Under the pieces are notes generated by a model. The model saw only the letters and a program-made list of their open reading frames with translations, made no database searches and was not told where the DNA came from. A stretch of 64,000 nucleotides of DNA. Source: Cellulosilyticaceae bacterium. GTDB lineage: Bacteria; Bacillota; Clostridia; Lachnospirales; Cellulosilyticaceae. Each line of letters starts with the position of its first letter. Position 1 is the first letter of the stretch. The stretch spans positions 12,568-76,567 of the forward strand of contig JBOGBZ010000042.1 in assembly GCA_051656485.1 (NCBI GenBank), written 5' to 3'. Positions 10,149 through 18,273 of this stretch are shown here, one piece after another. A program made the translations under genes and the position numbers.

Positions 10149-11006
10149 CTACTTATTTTCTTTTTGATGGAGGAAGCTTACGGCTTGAAGGGCTGCTGTG
10201 GTTCCTTGACCTGTCGCTTTCGCTACTTGGTATGGTCTACCTGTACAGTCCCCAGCTGCATAAACACCTGGTATATTGGTCTCCATAAATTGATTGACTT
10301 TGATTGATTTATTTTCTAACTCTAACCCCTTAAGAAGCTGAGTCGTTGGAATGCTTTCTTTGATAATGAAGACACCACTTACTTGAAGGGTTGTGTTTTT
10401 AAGTTCTAATTCAGCTACCACACCTTCGCCAAGGATAGCCTGTGGTTTATCATCAATCACTTCCACATTAGCTGCAAATGTCCCTACATTTTTGTAAAGT
10501 GGGATAAAGTATACTTTCTCACATACTTCACTTAAGTAATGTACGTCTTCTTCCGCATGAGCAGAATCGCCCACAAGTGCTACGACTTTTCCTCTATATA
10601 AAGGACCATCGCATGTGGCACAGTAACTTACACCTCTACCAAGAAGTGCTTCTTCTCCTGGTAAAAGCTTGCTCTTTGAAAGGCCATTGGCAAGGATAAT
10701 GGTCTTTGCTTCGATAAATTCATTTTCTGCATTCAGCATATAGTAATCGCCCATAGGGAAGATTTCTAATACTTTTTTCTTTTCTATTTCTACGCCCATT
10801 TCCAAAGCATGTCCTACGAAGGCTTCCACCATTTCTTTTCCAGTAGCACCTAGCATACCGATGTAATTGTCCACGCGCTCTGCTTTATATATATAACTGG
10901 TCGTCGGGTCATTCCCAAATACCTTTACTGTTTTGTTACGAATACGTCCATTAATCGCTGCAGATAACCCCGCTGGTCCTGCACCAATAATTGCTATGTC
11001 TAACAT
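10149..11006 (-). CDS. Thioredoxin-disulfide reductase-like FAD/NAD(P) oxidoreductase
   Basis: IAIIGAGPAGLSAA, redox-active CATCDG, second Rossmann fold VVALVGDS, C-terminal GVYAAGDC. Short at 285 aa. Confidence 0.75.
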   Translation of the reverse strand: MLDIAIIGAGPAGLSAAINGRIRNKTVKVFGNDPTTSYIYKAERVDNYIGMLGATGKEMVEAFVGHALEMGVEIEKKKVLEIFPMGDYYMLNAENEFIEAKTIILANGLSKSKLLPGEEALLGRGVSYCATCDGPLYRGKVVALVGDSAHAEEDVHYLSEVCEKVYFIPLYKNVGTFAANVEVIDDKPQAILGEGVVAELELKNTTLQVSGVFIIKESIPTTQLLKGLELENKSIKVNQFMETNIPGVYAAGDCTGRPYQVAKATGQGTTAALQAVSFLHQKENK

Positions 11007-11143
11007 CCTGTACCTCCTTGAGTTGAAATGATTCTTATCACCATTCTATGATTATATAATATTCAATTATTCAGATATGGTGATTATTTTTCATCTTAAC
11101 TTTATTTATAGTTTCTGTCAACACTTATCATGCTTTACAACCT

Positions 11144-12016
11144 TTAACACTCCCCAAAGATTTTGCTGCACATACTACAAGCTGTTGGCGTCGCTGCCAT
11201 ACCACCTAAAGCTGTCTCGCGTAATTCAAACGGCATACTGCGACCTACTTTGTACATCGCTTCTACGGTTTCATCAAAAGGTATCAAGTGACTAATGCCT
11301 GATAACGTAATCTCTGCACTGATGAGTGCATTGGACGCTCCCATCCCATTACGCTTTTGGCAAGGTGCTTCTACTAAGCCTGCCACTGGGTCACATACAA
11401 GCCCTAATATATTTGTAAGGGCCGTAGCTGCTGCATCAAGGCACTCTTTCGGGCTGCCTCCTAGAAGCTCCACCACTGCTGATGCTGCCATTGCTGATGC
11501 TGCTCCTACTTCTGCTTGGCAGCCACCTTCTGCCCCAGATACGGTGGCATTACGGGTGATGATATACCCTACTGCCCCTGCATTCAGCAGTGCCTGAATC
11601 ATCTTTTCATCGTCCCATCCGTGCTCTTCTTGAAGGGCTACCAAAACCCCTGGCAGTACCCCTGAAGAACCTGCTGTCGGTGCTGCTACGATAAGTCCCA
11701 TAGAGGTATTCACCTCTAGTACACCCATGGCATAACTAATGGCTCTCGACATGAGTTCCCCACAAGCTGATACACTACGACGCTTGTAGATCTTCTTCGC
11801 TTCACCACCGATGAGACCTCCCATGGACACTAAATCTTCGGTCAACGAACGTCTAATGGCATTCTTCATAATATCGTAAGCATGGGCTAATTGCTTGAGG
11901 ATTTCTTCGTCTGTCTTATGGCTTATAGTCTTTTCACGTTCAAGCATCGCTTGCCATATGGGTAACTGCTGTTTTTCACATACTTCTAGTAATTCTTCTC
12001 CAGTTCTAAAATTCAT
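11144..12016 (-). CDS. sdaAA: L-serine dehydratase, iron-sulfur-dependent, alpha subunit
   Basis: 290 aa. Motifs AAPTAGSSGVLPG, GAEGGCQAEVG and LGLVCDPV, adjacent to the beta subunit. Confidence 0.9.
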   Translation of the reverse strand: MNFRTGEELLEVCEKQQLPIWQAMLEREKTISHKTDEEILKQLAHAYDIMKNAIRRSLTEDLVSMGGLIGGEAKKIYKRRSVSACGELMSRAISYAMGVLEVNTSMGLIVAAPTAGSSGVLPGVLVALQEEHGWDDEKMIQALLNAGAVGYIITRNATVSGAEGGCQAEVGAASAMAASAVVELLGGSPKECLDAAATALTNILGLVCDPVAGLVEAPCQKRNGMGASNALISAEITLSGISHLIPFDETVEAMYKVGRSMPFELRETALGGMAATPTACSMCSKIFGEC

Positions 12017-12033
12017 CTCGTGTCTCCTTATGT

Positions 12034-12705
12034 CTAAATCCCTTTAATGGTTTGTACACTAATAATATGTGGATGCTCTTTCATCTTCTCGATGACCTTT
12101 GAGTCCACACTTTCGTCAAGTTCAATCAGTGTATAGGCGAAACTTCCTTTTTCTTCACGATACAAACGCATAAAAGCAATATTAATATTGTAGGAAGTTA
12201 ATACTTGGGTGATATGTGCCACAATCCCTGGGGTGTCCTGTTGCTTAATGATAAGCGTCGTATACTCACCTGTAAATTCCACTTCTACGCCATTAATCTT
12301 ATCGATGCGAATGTTCCCACCACCGATAGATGCCCCCATAATCGTGGTCACTTCGCCTGATGTATCTTTTGCAATGATTTCTACTGTATTTGGATGGACT
12401 TCTGCATGACTATCCACTGTCTCGAAAGTGAAGTGTAAACCTGCTTCCTCTGCATACTTAAAGGCATCTTTGATACGCTCATCTTCCGTATCCATCCCTA
12501 GTATACCTGCTACTAAAGCTTTATCTGTCCCATGTCCTCTATACGTCTTTGCAAAAGAACCGTAAAGTACAAAGTTCACTTCCTTTATAGGTTTTTCCAC
12601 CAATTTATACACCATTAAAGCAATGCGCAAGGCACCTGCTGTATGGGAACTTGATGGTCCTATCATATTTGGTCCAATAACGTCAAAAATGCTGATCTCT
12701 TTCAT
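12034..12705 (-). CDS. sdaAB: L-serine dehydratase, iron-sulfur-dependent, beta subunit (with ACT domain)
   Basis: IFDVIGPNMIGPSSSHTAGA N-terminus and a C-terminal ACT-like PGIVAHIT segment. Upstream partner of sdaAA. Confidence 0.9.
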   Translation of the reverse strand: MKEISIFDVIGPNMIGPSSSHTAGALRIALMVYKLVEKPIKEVNFVLYGSFAKTYRGHGTDKALVAGILGMDTEDERIKDAFKYAEEAGLHFTFETVDSHAEVHPNTVEIIAKDTSGEVTTIMGASIGGGNIRIDKINGVEVEFTGEYTTLIIKQQDTPGIVAHITQVLTSYNINIAFMRLYREEKGSFAYTLIELDESVDSKVIEKMKEHPHIISVQTIKGI

Positions 12706-12873
12706 GTCGTTTCCTCATCTCATGTATGTTTGCATCATCTATTATACATAATATGCCCGATGTAAGCCAAATATATTTTGTCTTTTAATTGAAGATTATA
12801 CTACCGATAACCTTGCAATATATAGCATCCTTCTAAGGAATATGCTATACTTTTAGAAAAAAGGAGGTTCTTT

Positions 12874-13509
12874 ATGTCTATCCAACAAACTTTTTATGAA
12901 AAGCAAGCAACCACCCTTATTAAACACCTTCAAAAGAGAAATATGGAAGGAAGCTACTGTGGGACCAAAGAAGAAGCGCGTCATCTGGCACTTTCTATGA
13001 TGCCCGAAGAGACAAGCATTTCATGGGGTGGCTCCATGAGTATTTTTGAAGCCGGCCTTGTAGATGCACTTTATGACAATGGAAACTACACCCTCTATGA
13101 CCGTGCCAAATGTACACCTGAAGAACAAGACGACGTGGTACGCAAAAGTTTTTTTGCTGACTTTTATCTGATGAGCAGCAACGCGATTACTCTTGATGGA
13201 CAATTAGTCAATATTGATGGTCTAGGTAATCGTGTGGCTGCTATGATTTATGGTCCAAAGAAAGTCATTATGTTAGTCGGGATGAATAAAGTAGCTACTA
13301 CTGTAGAAGATGCCATTCGTCGCGTACATAATGTAGCGTCTCCACAAAACACCTTACGTCTAGGCAAAGAAACACCTTGTGCAATCACCGGTATTTGCGG
13401 CAACTGCTTAAGCCCTGATTGCATCTGTATGCAAACAGTTATTACACGTAACAGCCGTATACCTGGCCGTATTCATGTCATTTTAGTCGGTGAATCATTG
13501 GGTTACTAA
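12874..13509 (+). CDS. LUD-domain (DUF162, lactate-utilisation-like) protein
   Basis: 211 aa. SNAITLDGQLVNIDGLGNRV and the C-terminal Cys cluster CGNCLSPDCIC resemble YkgG/LUD-family members. Confidence 0.6.
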   Translation: MSIQQTFYEKQATTLIKHLQKRNMEGSYCGTKEEARHLALSMMPEETSISWGGSMSIFEAGLVDALYDNGNYTLYDRAKCTPEEQDDVVRKSFFADFYLMSSNAITLDGQLVNIDGLGNRVAAMIYGPKKVIMLVGMNKVATTVEDAIRRVHNVASPQNTLRLGKETPCAITGICGNCLSPDCICMQTVITRNSRIPGRIHVILVGESLGY

Positions 13510-13551
13510 GATGTCATCACACATTCTGAACCAATCGAAAGGAGCTTACTT

Positions 13552-14496
13552 ATGAAACTTGTTATTATCGAACCATTAGGTGTCCCTGAAGATAAACTCA
13601 TGGCACTTGCCAATACTACACTTGGCACTACTGTAGACATCGTTTATTACGATACACGTACAGAAGACACTGAGGAACTCATCCGTCGTGGTAAGGATGC
13701 GGATATCATCGCAGTGTCTAACCTGCCACTTCCTAAAGAAGTGATTGAAGGTTGTCCCAGTCTTAAGATGATTGCTGTAGCTTTTACAGGAGTTGACCAC
13801 ATTCCTCTAGAGACATGCCGTGAGCGCGGTATCACCGTATGTAACTGTGCAGGCTACTCCAATGCAGCTGTATGTGACTTAGTCTTTGGGATGATCGTTT
13901 CCCTTTATCGCAATATCATTCCTTGCGACCAAGTGGTCCGTACTGGTGGTACAAAAGCGGGCCTCATTGGTTGTGAATTAGAAGGCAAAAAATTCGGCAT
14001 CATCGGCACAGGTGCCATCGGTATGCGTGTGGCAAAGGTAGCTGAAGCTTTCGGCTGTGAAGTCTATGCGTACAGTCGTACCGTCAAAACTTCTGAGAGC
14101 ATCCAGTATGTGGATCTCGACACACTCCTTAGCACTTGCGATATCATCTCACTTCATGTGCCACTCACAGAGAATACCAAGCATCTCATGAATGCAGAGA
14201 AACTGGCACTTATGAAGCCAAATGCCATTCTTATCAATACCGCACGTGGCCCTGTGGTGGATAATACAGCTTTAGCTGAAGCGCTGACACGTGGTACCCT
14301 TGCTGGTGCAGGCATCGATGTCTTTGAAGTGGAACCGCCACTAGCGACCACTCACCCGCTCTTCCACTCACCACATACACTCGTTACCCCACACATTGCC
14401 TTTGCAACCCACGAAGCATTGGAAAAACGTGCAGTCATCGTCTTTGATAATATCAAGAACTGGCTGGCACATACACCACAAAACATCATTTGTTAG
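13552..14496 (+). CDS. D-isomer-specific 2-hydroxyacid dehydrogenase (NAD-binding)
   Basis: GIIGTGAIGMRVA NAD fold, catalytic region LINTARGPVVD..GAGIDVFEVEP..TPHIAF. Confidence 0.85.
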   Translation: MKLVIIEPLGVPEDKLMALANTTLGTTVDIVYYDTRTEDTEELIRRGKDADIIAVSNLPLPKEVIEGCPSLKMIAVAFTGVDHIPLETCRERGITVCNCAGYSNAAVCDLVFGMIVSLYRNIIPCDQVVRTGGTKAGLIGCELEGKKFGIIGTGAIGMRVAKVAEAFGCEVYAYSRTVKTSESIQYVDLDTLLSTCDIISLHVPLTENTKHLMNAEKLALMKPNAILINTARGPVVDNTALAEALTRGTLAGAGIDVFEVEPPLATTHPLFHSPHTLVTPHIAFATHEALEKRAVIVFDNIKNWLAHTPQNIIC

Positions 14497-14639
14497 TTCA
14501 CACCTACAAGCACAAGAGAGAGTCCTTGTGCTTGTATTGTCATATAATTATAGAATTTTTTTATTTCTTTTTATGGCGTTGGTTAATATTGACACTCCTT
14601 ATGGCATATGCTATTATAAAGAAGTTGCAAGACACATAC

Positions 14640-14712
14640 GCTGTTATAGCACAGTCGGTAGTGCACTACATTGGTAGTGTAGAGGTCACCGGTTCGATTC
14701 CGGTTAACAGCT
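14640..14712 (+). tRNA. tRNA-Thr (anticodon GGT)
   Basis: Hand-folded cloverleaf: acceptor GCTGTTA/TAACAGC, D arm GCAC-AGTCGGTA-GTGC, anticodon arm CTACA-TTGGTAG-TGTAG, T arm ACCGG-TTCGATT-CCGGT. 73 nt, CCA not encoded. Confidence 0.85.
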
Positions 14713-14717
14713 TGTAT

Positions 14718-14760
14718 AAAAAAAGAGTACCTTCTCATTTTTATGAAGGTACTCTTTTTT
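14718..14760. terminator. Bidirectional rho-independent terminator
   Basis: AAAAGAGTACCTTC, 10-nt loop, GAAGGTACTCTTTT, flanked by A- and T-runs. Lies between the tRNA (+) and the small gene ending at 14770 (-). Confidence 0.8.
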
Positions 14761-14769
14761 ATTTCTACC

Positions 14770-15003
14770 TTATTCATTCATATATTTTTGAAGTAACTTT
14801 AATTCTTCCTTCAATACATACTCCAGTTCATTAATTGCCTTTACTAAACAAGTAGCCGAGCTATTGGCATCTAACATATCCTCTATGCAACCACTCCTTA
14901 CTATCTTGTGTAATTTTTCACTTTCGGCTGTCAATATATTTGCCAGTGCTTTTTCTTGAAACGCAATAGATTCTATAAGCTCAGGTATTTCTCTAGATAC
15001 CAT
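14770..15003 (-). CDS. Small alpha-helical protein, unknown function (paralog of 15164..15460)
   Basis: 77 aa, strong GAGGAGG RBS. Motif IESIAFQEKALANILTAESEKL is shared with the divergent neighbour. Confidence 0.55.
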   Translation of the reverse strand: MVSREIPELIESIAFQEKALANILTAESEKLHKIVRSGCIEDMLDANSSATCLVKAINELEYVLKEELKLLQKYMNE

Positions 15004-15163
15004 TTTGTTTCCTCCTCATACTTTCTCACTTATACTATATTCATCTTCTCTCCTAATGGCTACTTAATCTACCAATATCTAAGATATTTTATAATTAATT
15101 AACATTATCCTTCTCTGTTGAATAGACTATTATTAAGATTTATAGAACCCAAAGGAGTTTTTT

Positions 15164-15460
15164 ATGAACTGTAACGACATTTCAAAAAATATTGCTCTTA
15201 CCCAGTTAAGTATTGCACACATTCTTAATGAGACAGGCAATAACTTGCAAAAAGCTGTTGATGTTTCCGATAACATCTGTGATTTGCTTCACGCAAATGA
15301 ATCGACCATTTCTACCATACAATATATAACGGCTCTCCAGACGTCTCTTTATCAACAACTTCAACAACTTTTCGAACATACTTGTGATTATACTGACTCC
15401 CAAACTACAGACTCTGATTATTATTATTGCTCATCTTGTAATTGTTATCACCCTTATTAA
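15164..15460 (+). CDS. Small alpha-helical protein with Cys/Tyr-rich tail, unknown function
   Basis: 98 aa, AAAGGAG RBS. Motif NIALTQLSIAHILNETGNNL; C-terminus DSDYYYCSSCNCYHPY. A terminator follows. Confidence 0.55.
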   Translation: MNCNDISKNIALTQLSIAHILNETGNNLQKAVDVSDNICDLLHANESTISTIQYITALQTSLYQQLQQLFEHTCDYTDSQTTDSDYYYCSSCNCYHPY

Positions 15461-15466
15461 AATTTA

Positions 15467-15506
15467 AAAGTCAATGCCGTTATTTCTTATAGGCATTGAC
15501 TTTTAT
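15467..15506. terminator. Bidirectional rho-independent terminator
   Basis: AAAAGTCAATGCC, 12-nt loop, GGCATTGACTTTT, between convergent genes. Confidence 0.75.
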
Positions 15507-15508
15507 TC

Positions 15509-16789
15509 TTATTCTAGTAGTAGTTGAAATTGATTTTCCCATATCCATTCCTTCGTAAACTGTGTCCGTGCCATGGTCTTAGCTTTCAGTGGATTACTTT
15601 CTCGCATCAGTGTCCCAATCTCTTTGCCACGCTCATCATAGTAAAGCTTCTCACTAGGGTGATACTGCTGCTTCGTATCATACCCATAATGGTGTGCATC
15701 CCATTCCATAAAATAGGCTCCTAGCACTTTGCCTATTTCTTCTAATGCTGGTACACATTTATTCACCACGATAAAATTGCCTCGACTTGCTGCCTCGATA
15801 ACCGTTAACCCAAATGTTTCTGAAAAGGACGGACAAATATATAAATTGGATAACGTAAACAAATCTAGTACCCCTTGCCTTGGGAAACCATTAGGATAAC
15901 CATATTCACTGGTAAAGATAAGATCTTCAGGTGCTAAACCATAAAAATCAGCAACATATCGAATAGCTTTCTTATAATCTTCAGCAGGTGTATCCATACA
16001 TGGGAAGTCACAGAAGATGACTTTCACCGTCTTCTCATTAACTCTTTTGATACTCCCTGCTAATGCTGCTACTTTCTCAAATTTTTTCCCTGTGGAAAAC
16101 CTACCTGCATAAACGATTAATATTTCTGGAGCAGTTAAATCTACTTCTTTATGCAGCTTTTGGACAGCTTCTCCTAATGACTCTACCATCGGTACGATGT
16201 TGTACACCACCTGACACCTTGCTTCTGCTACTTGATACTGCTTGGCTAGAGCTGGTATTCCTGAGTACGATGGATAGGCAAATACAGTCTTTGGCATAGC
16301 GGTATATCTCCCCTCCATCCCCTCAGCCATTTTCAATGGCCTTTGGGTTGGAAACGAATGTGTAAATGCCACAAACCTTAACTTAGGGAAGAGAGGTTGT
16401 ACTTTTCGAATAGCTATATTGTGTACATAATGCCACCCTTGATAAAGAATATCATGCATCATACACACCTTCACATCACTCAAAGCTTCTTTAAATTGCT
16501 CTGCAAAAAAATCTACTTCTTCATAAAAAGTCTTATGAAGTTTTTGGTCTGGACTGCTATAGTCATACCATTGTATTTGTTTGCCACTTCGTTCATTCCT
16601 AATCTTTATCCATTGGATACGTTCGTCTAAGAAACTTCCCCAGCGTTCATGATCAGGGCAGTTCTCCGTCACAATCATCTTAACTTCTATATCATGCTCA
16701 AGTAACATTTGCACGTGTGTTTCTACGACATTCACCAAAGAGTACGTAGATGCTAATCCATTAAACATCGTCAGTATTGCTACTTTCAA
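15509..16789 (-). CDS. GT4-type (group 1) glycosyltransferase, tandem paralog 2
   Basis: 426 aa. TTG start behind GGAGGTG with the same MKVAILTMF N-terminus as its paralog. C-terminal motif PSFSETFGLTVIEAASRGNFIV (E-x7-E GT-B type). Confidence 0.75.
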   Translation of the reverse strand: MKVAILTMFNGLASTYSLVNVVETHVQMLLEHDIEVKMIVTENCPDHERWGSFLDERIQWIKIRNERSGKQIQWYDYSSPDQKLHKTFYEEVDFFAEQFKEALSDVKVCMMHDILYQGWHYVHNIAIRKVQPLFPKLRFVAFTHSFPTQRPLKMAEGMEGRYTAMPKTVFAYPSYSGIPALAKQYQVAEARCQVVYNIVPMVESLGEAVQKLHKEVDLTAPEILIVYAGRFSTGKKFEKVAALAGSIKRVNEKTVKVIFCDFPCMDTPAEDYKKAIRYVADFYGLAPEDLIFTSEYGYPNGFPRQGVLDLFTLSNLYICPSFSETFGLTVIEAASRGNFIVVNKCVPALEEIGKVLGAYFMEWDAHHYGYDTKQQYHPSEKLYYDERGKEIGTLMRESNPLKAKTMARTQFTKEWIWENQFQLLLE

Positions 16790-16793
16790 AATC

Positions 16794-18077
16794 TTACACC
16801 TCCAATAACGGCTTTAGTTGATTTTCCCATATCCATTCCCTATTTAAGCGTTGTCTTACGACAGTCTTGGCATAACACACCCGATCATCTCGCATGAGGT
16901 CAGCAACTATTTTACTATGTTCTTCATAGTACGCCTTTTCTGATGGATGATAATTTTGTTTGGTATCAAAGCCATAATTACGTGCATCCCATTTCATAAA
17001 ATACGCATGGAGCAATTGCCCTGCTTCTTCAAGTGCAGGGACACATTCATTCAGCACGAGAAAATTCCCACGGCTAGCGGCTTCTAGTGTTGTAAGCGAG
17101 AATCCTTCAGAGTAAGATGGACATACAAATAGATTCGACAAACTAAATAAATCTAATATACTTTGATGTGCAATCCCCATGGGATACCCTAACTCTGAAG
17201 TAAATACCAATTCTCCCTCATCTAATCCATAGAGCCTTCCTTCTTTTTTGATTTTTTTCTTATAATCATAACCTTTCGTTCGCTGATCTGGTACATCGCA
17301 AAAAACGACTTGAACAGTCTGTTCATTGATCACCTTCAAACATCCTGCAAAAGCCGCCACCTTCTCAAATTTTTTTCCTTCTGATAACCTCCCCGGATAG
17401 ATAATAAGTACATCACTTCTAAGTAAATTCACTTGCCGATGTATCTCTTTTACTTCTTCTGATACATGCTCCATCAAACTCGGTGAATTATATACTACCT
17501 GGCATTTCCCTCTCGCGACATTGTACTGTGCTGCTAGCGCTGGAATTCCCGAACTACTTGGATAGACATACCTTGTTCGAGGCATTGGGGTATATCTACC
17601 TTCAAACCCTGCATTCAATTGAATGGGTCTATTAACTGGGAATGAATGTGCGAAGGCGATAAATGCCACATCATCTAAATTTTCTTGTGCCTGTCTTATG
17701 GCTATATTGTATACGTATTGAATGCCTGTATAAAGTGTATCATGCATGATACATACTTCCACGTCTTGTAGTGCCTCTTCAAATTGCTTTGCAAAAAAGT
17801 CTACCTCTTCAGCAAAGGTAGCATGTAATTTTCCATTTGGCATATCATAATTTTGAAGTTGTATTTGCCTTCCGTTTAATGTGTGTGAGATACCTACCCA
17901 CTCAATACGTTCATCTGCATAAATCCCTTTCCGCTCACACGCCATACAACTCTCTGCTACGATTAATTTCACCTCAATCCCGTCATTGAGTAGCATATAT
18001 AAATGCTCTGCAACAACATTGGTAACGGAGTATGTTTCTATAAGCCCCGTAAACATCGTTAATATTGCTACTTTCAC
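16794..18077 (-). CDS. GT4-type (group 1) glycosyltransferase, tandem paralog 1
   Basis: 427 aa, GTG start behind AAGGAGGGG. PSYSEGFSLTTLEAASRGNFLV. Collinear with 15509..16789 along its full length. Confidence 0.75.
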   Translation of the reverse strand: MKVAILTMFTGLIETYSVTNVVAEHLYMLLNDGIEVKLIVAESCMACERKGIYADERIEWVGISHTLNGRQIQLQNYDMPNGKLHATFAEEVDFFAKQFEEALQDVEVCIMHDTLYTGIQYVYNIAIRQAQENLDDVAFIAFAHSFPVNRPIQLNAGFEGRYTPMPRTRYVYPSSSGIPALAAQYNVARGKCQVVYNSPSLMEHVSEEVKEIHRQVNLLRSDVLIIYPGRLSEGKKFEKVAAFAGCLKVINEQTVQVVFCDVPDQRTKGYDYKKKIKKEGRLYGLDEGELVFTSELGYPMGIAHQSILDLFSLSNLFVCPSYSEGFSLTTLEAASRGNFLVLNECVPALEEAGQLLHAYFMKWDARNYGFDTKQNYHPSEKAYYEEHSKIVADLMRDDRVCYAKTVVRQRLNREWIWENQLKPLLEV

Positions 18078-18273
18078 CCAACCCCTCCTTGTATCACTTA
18101 AGTGTTCTTTCTATTTATATGTATCCGCCAAATACTCCATGCTTTTTAGCGTAAAAAAGATCGAGTAGGCGCTAAATAATCGAAATAGCCACTGGCTTCA
18201 ATGCTGTCCATAAAACCTTATTCTTTAACTACTTAGGAGGATTGCATGCTAATGCAATCCCCCCTTTTATAAC

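Noticed and set aside
14640-14712. Calling the region right of tRNA-Thr a mobile genomic island.
   Set aside because: No integrase or transposase and no att-like duplicate of the tRNA 3' end was seen in the window. It is recorded only as a boundary observation, not as a mobile_element feature.
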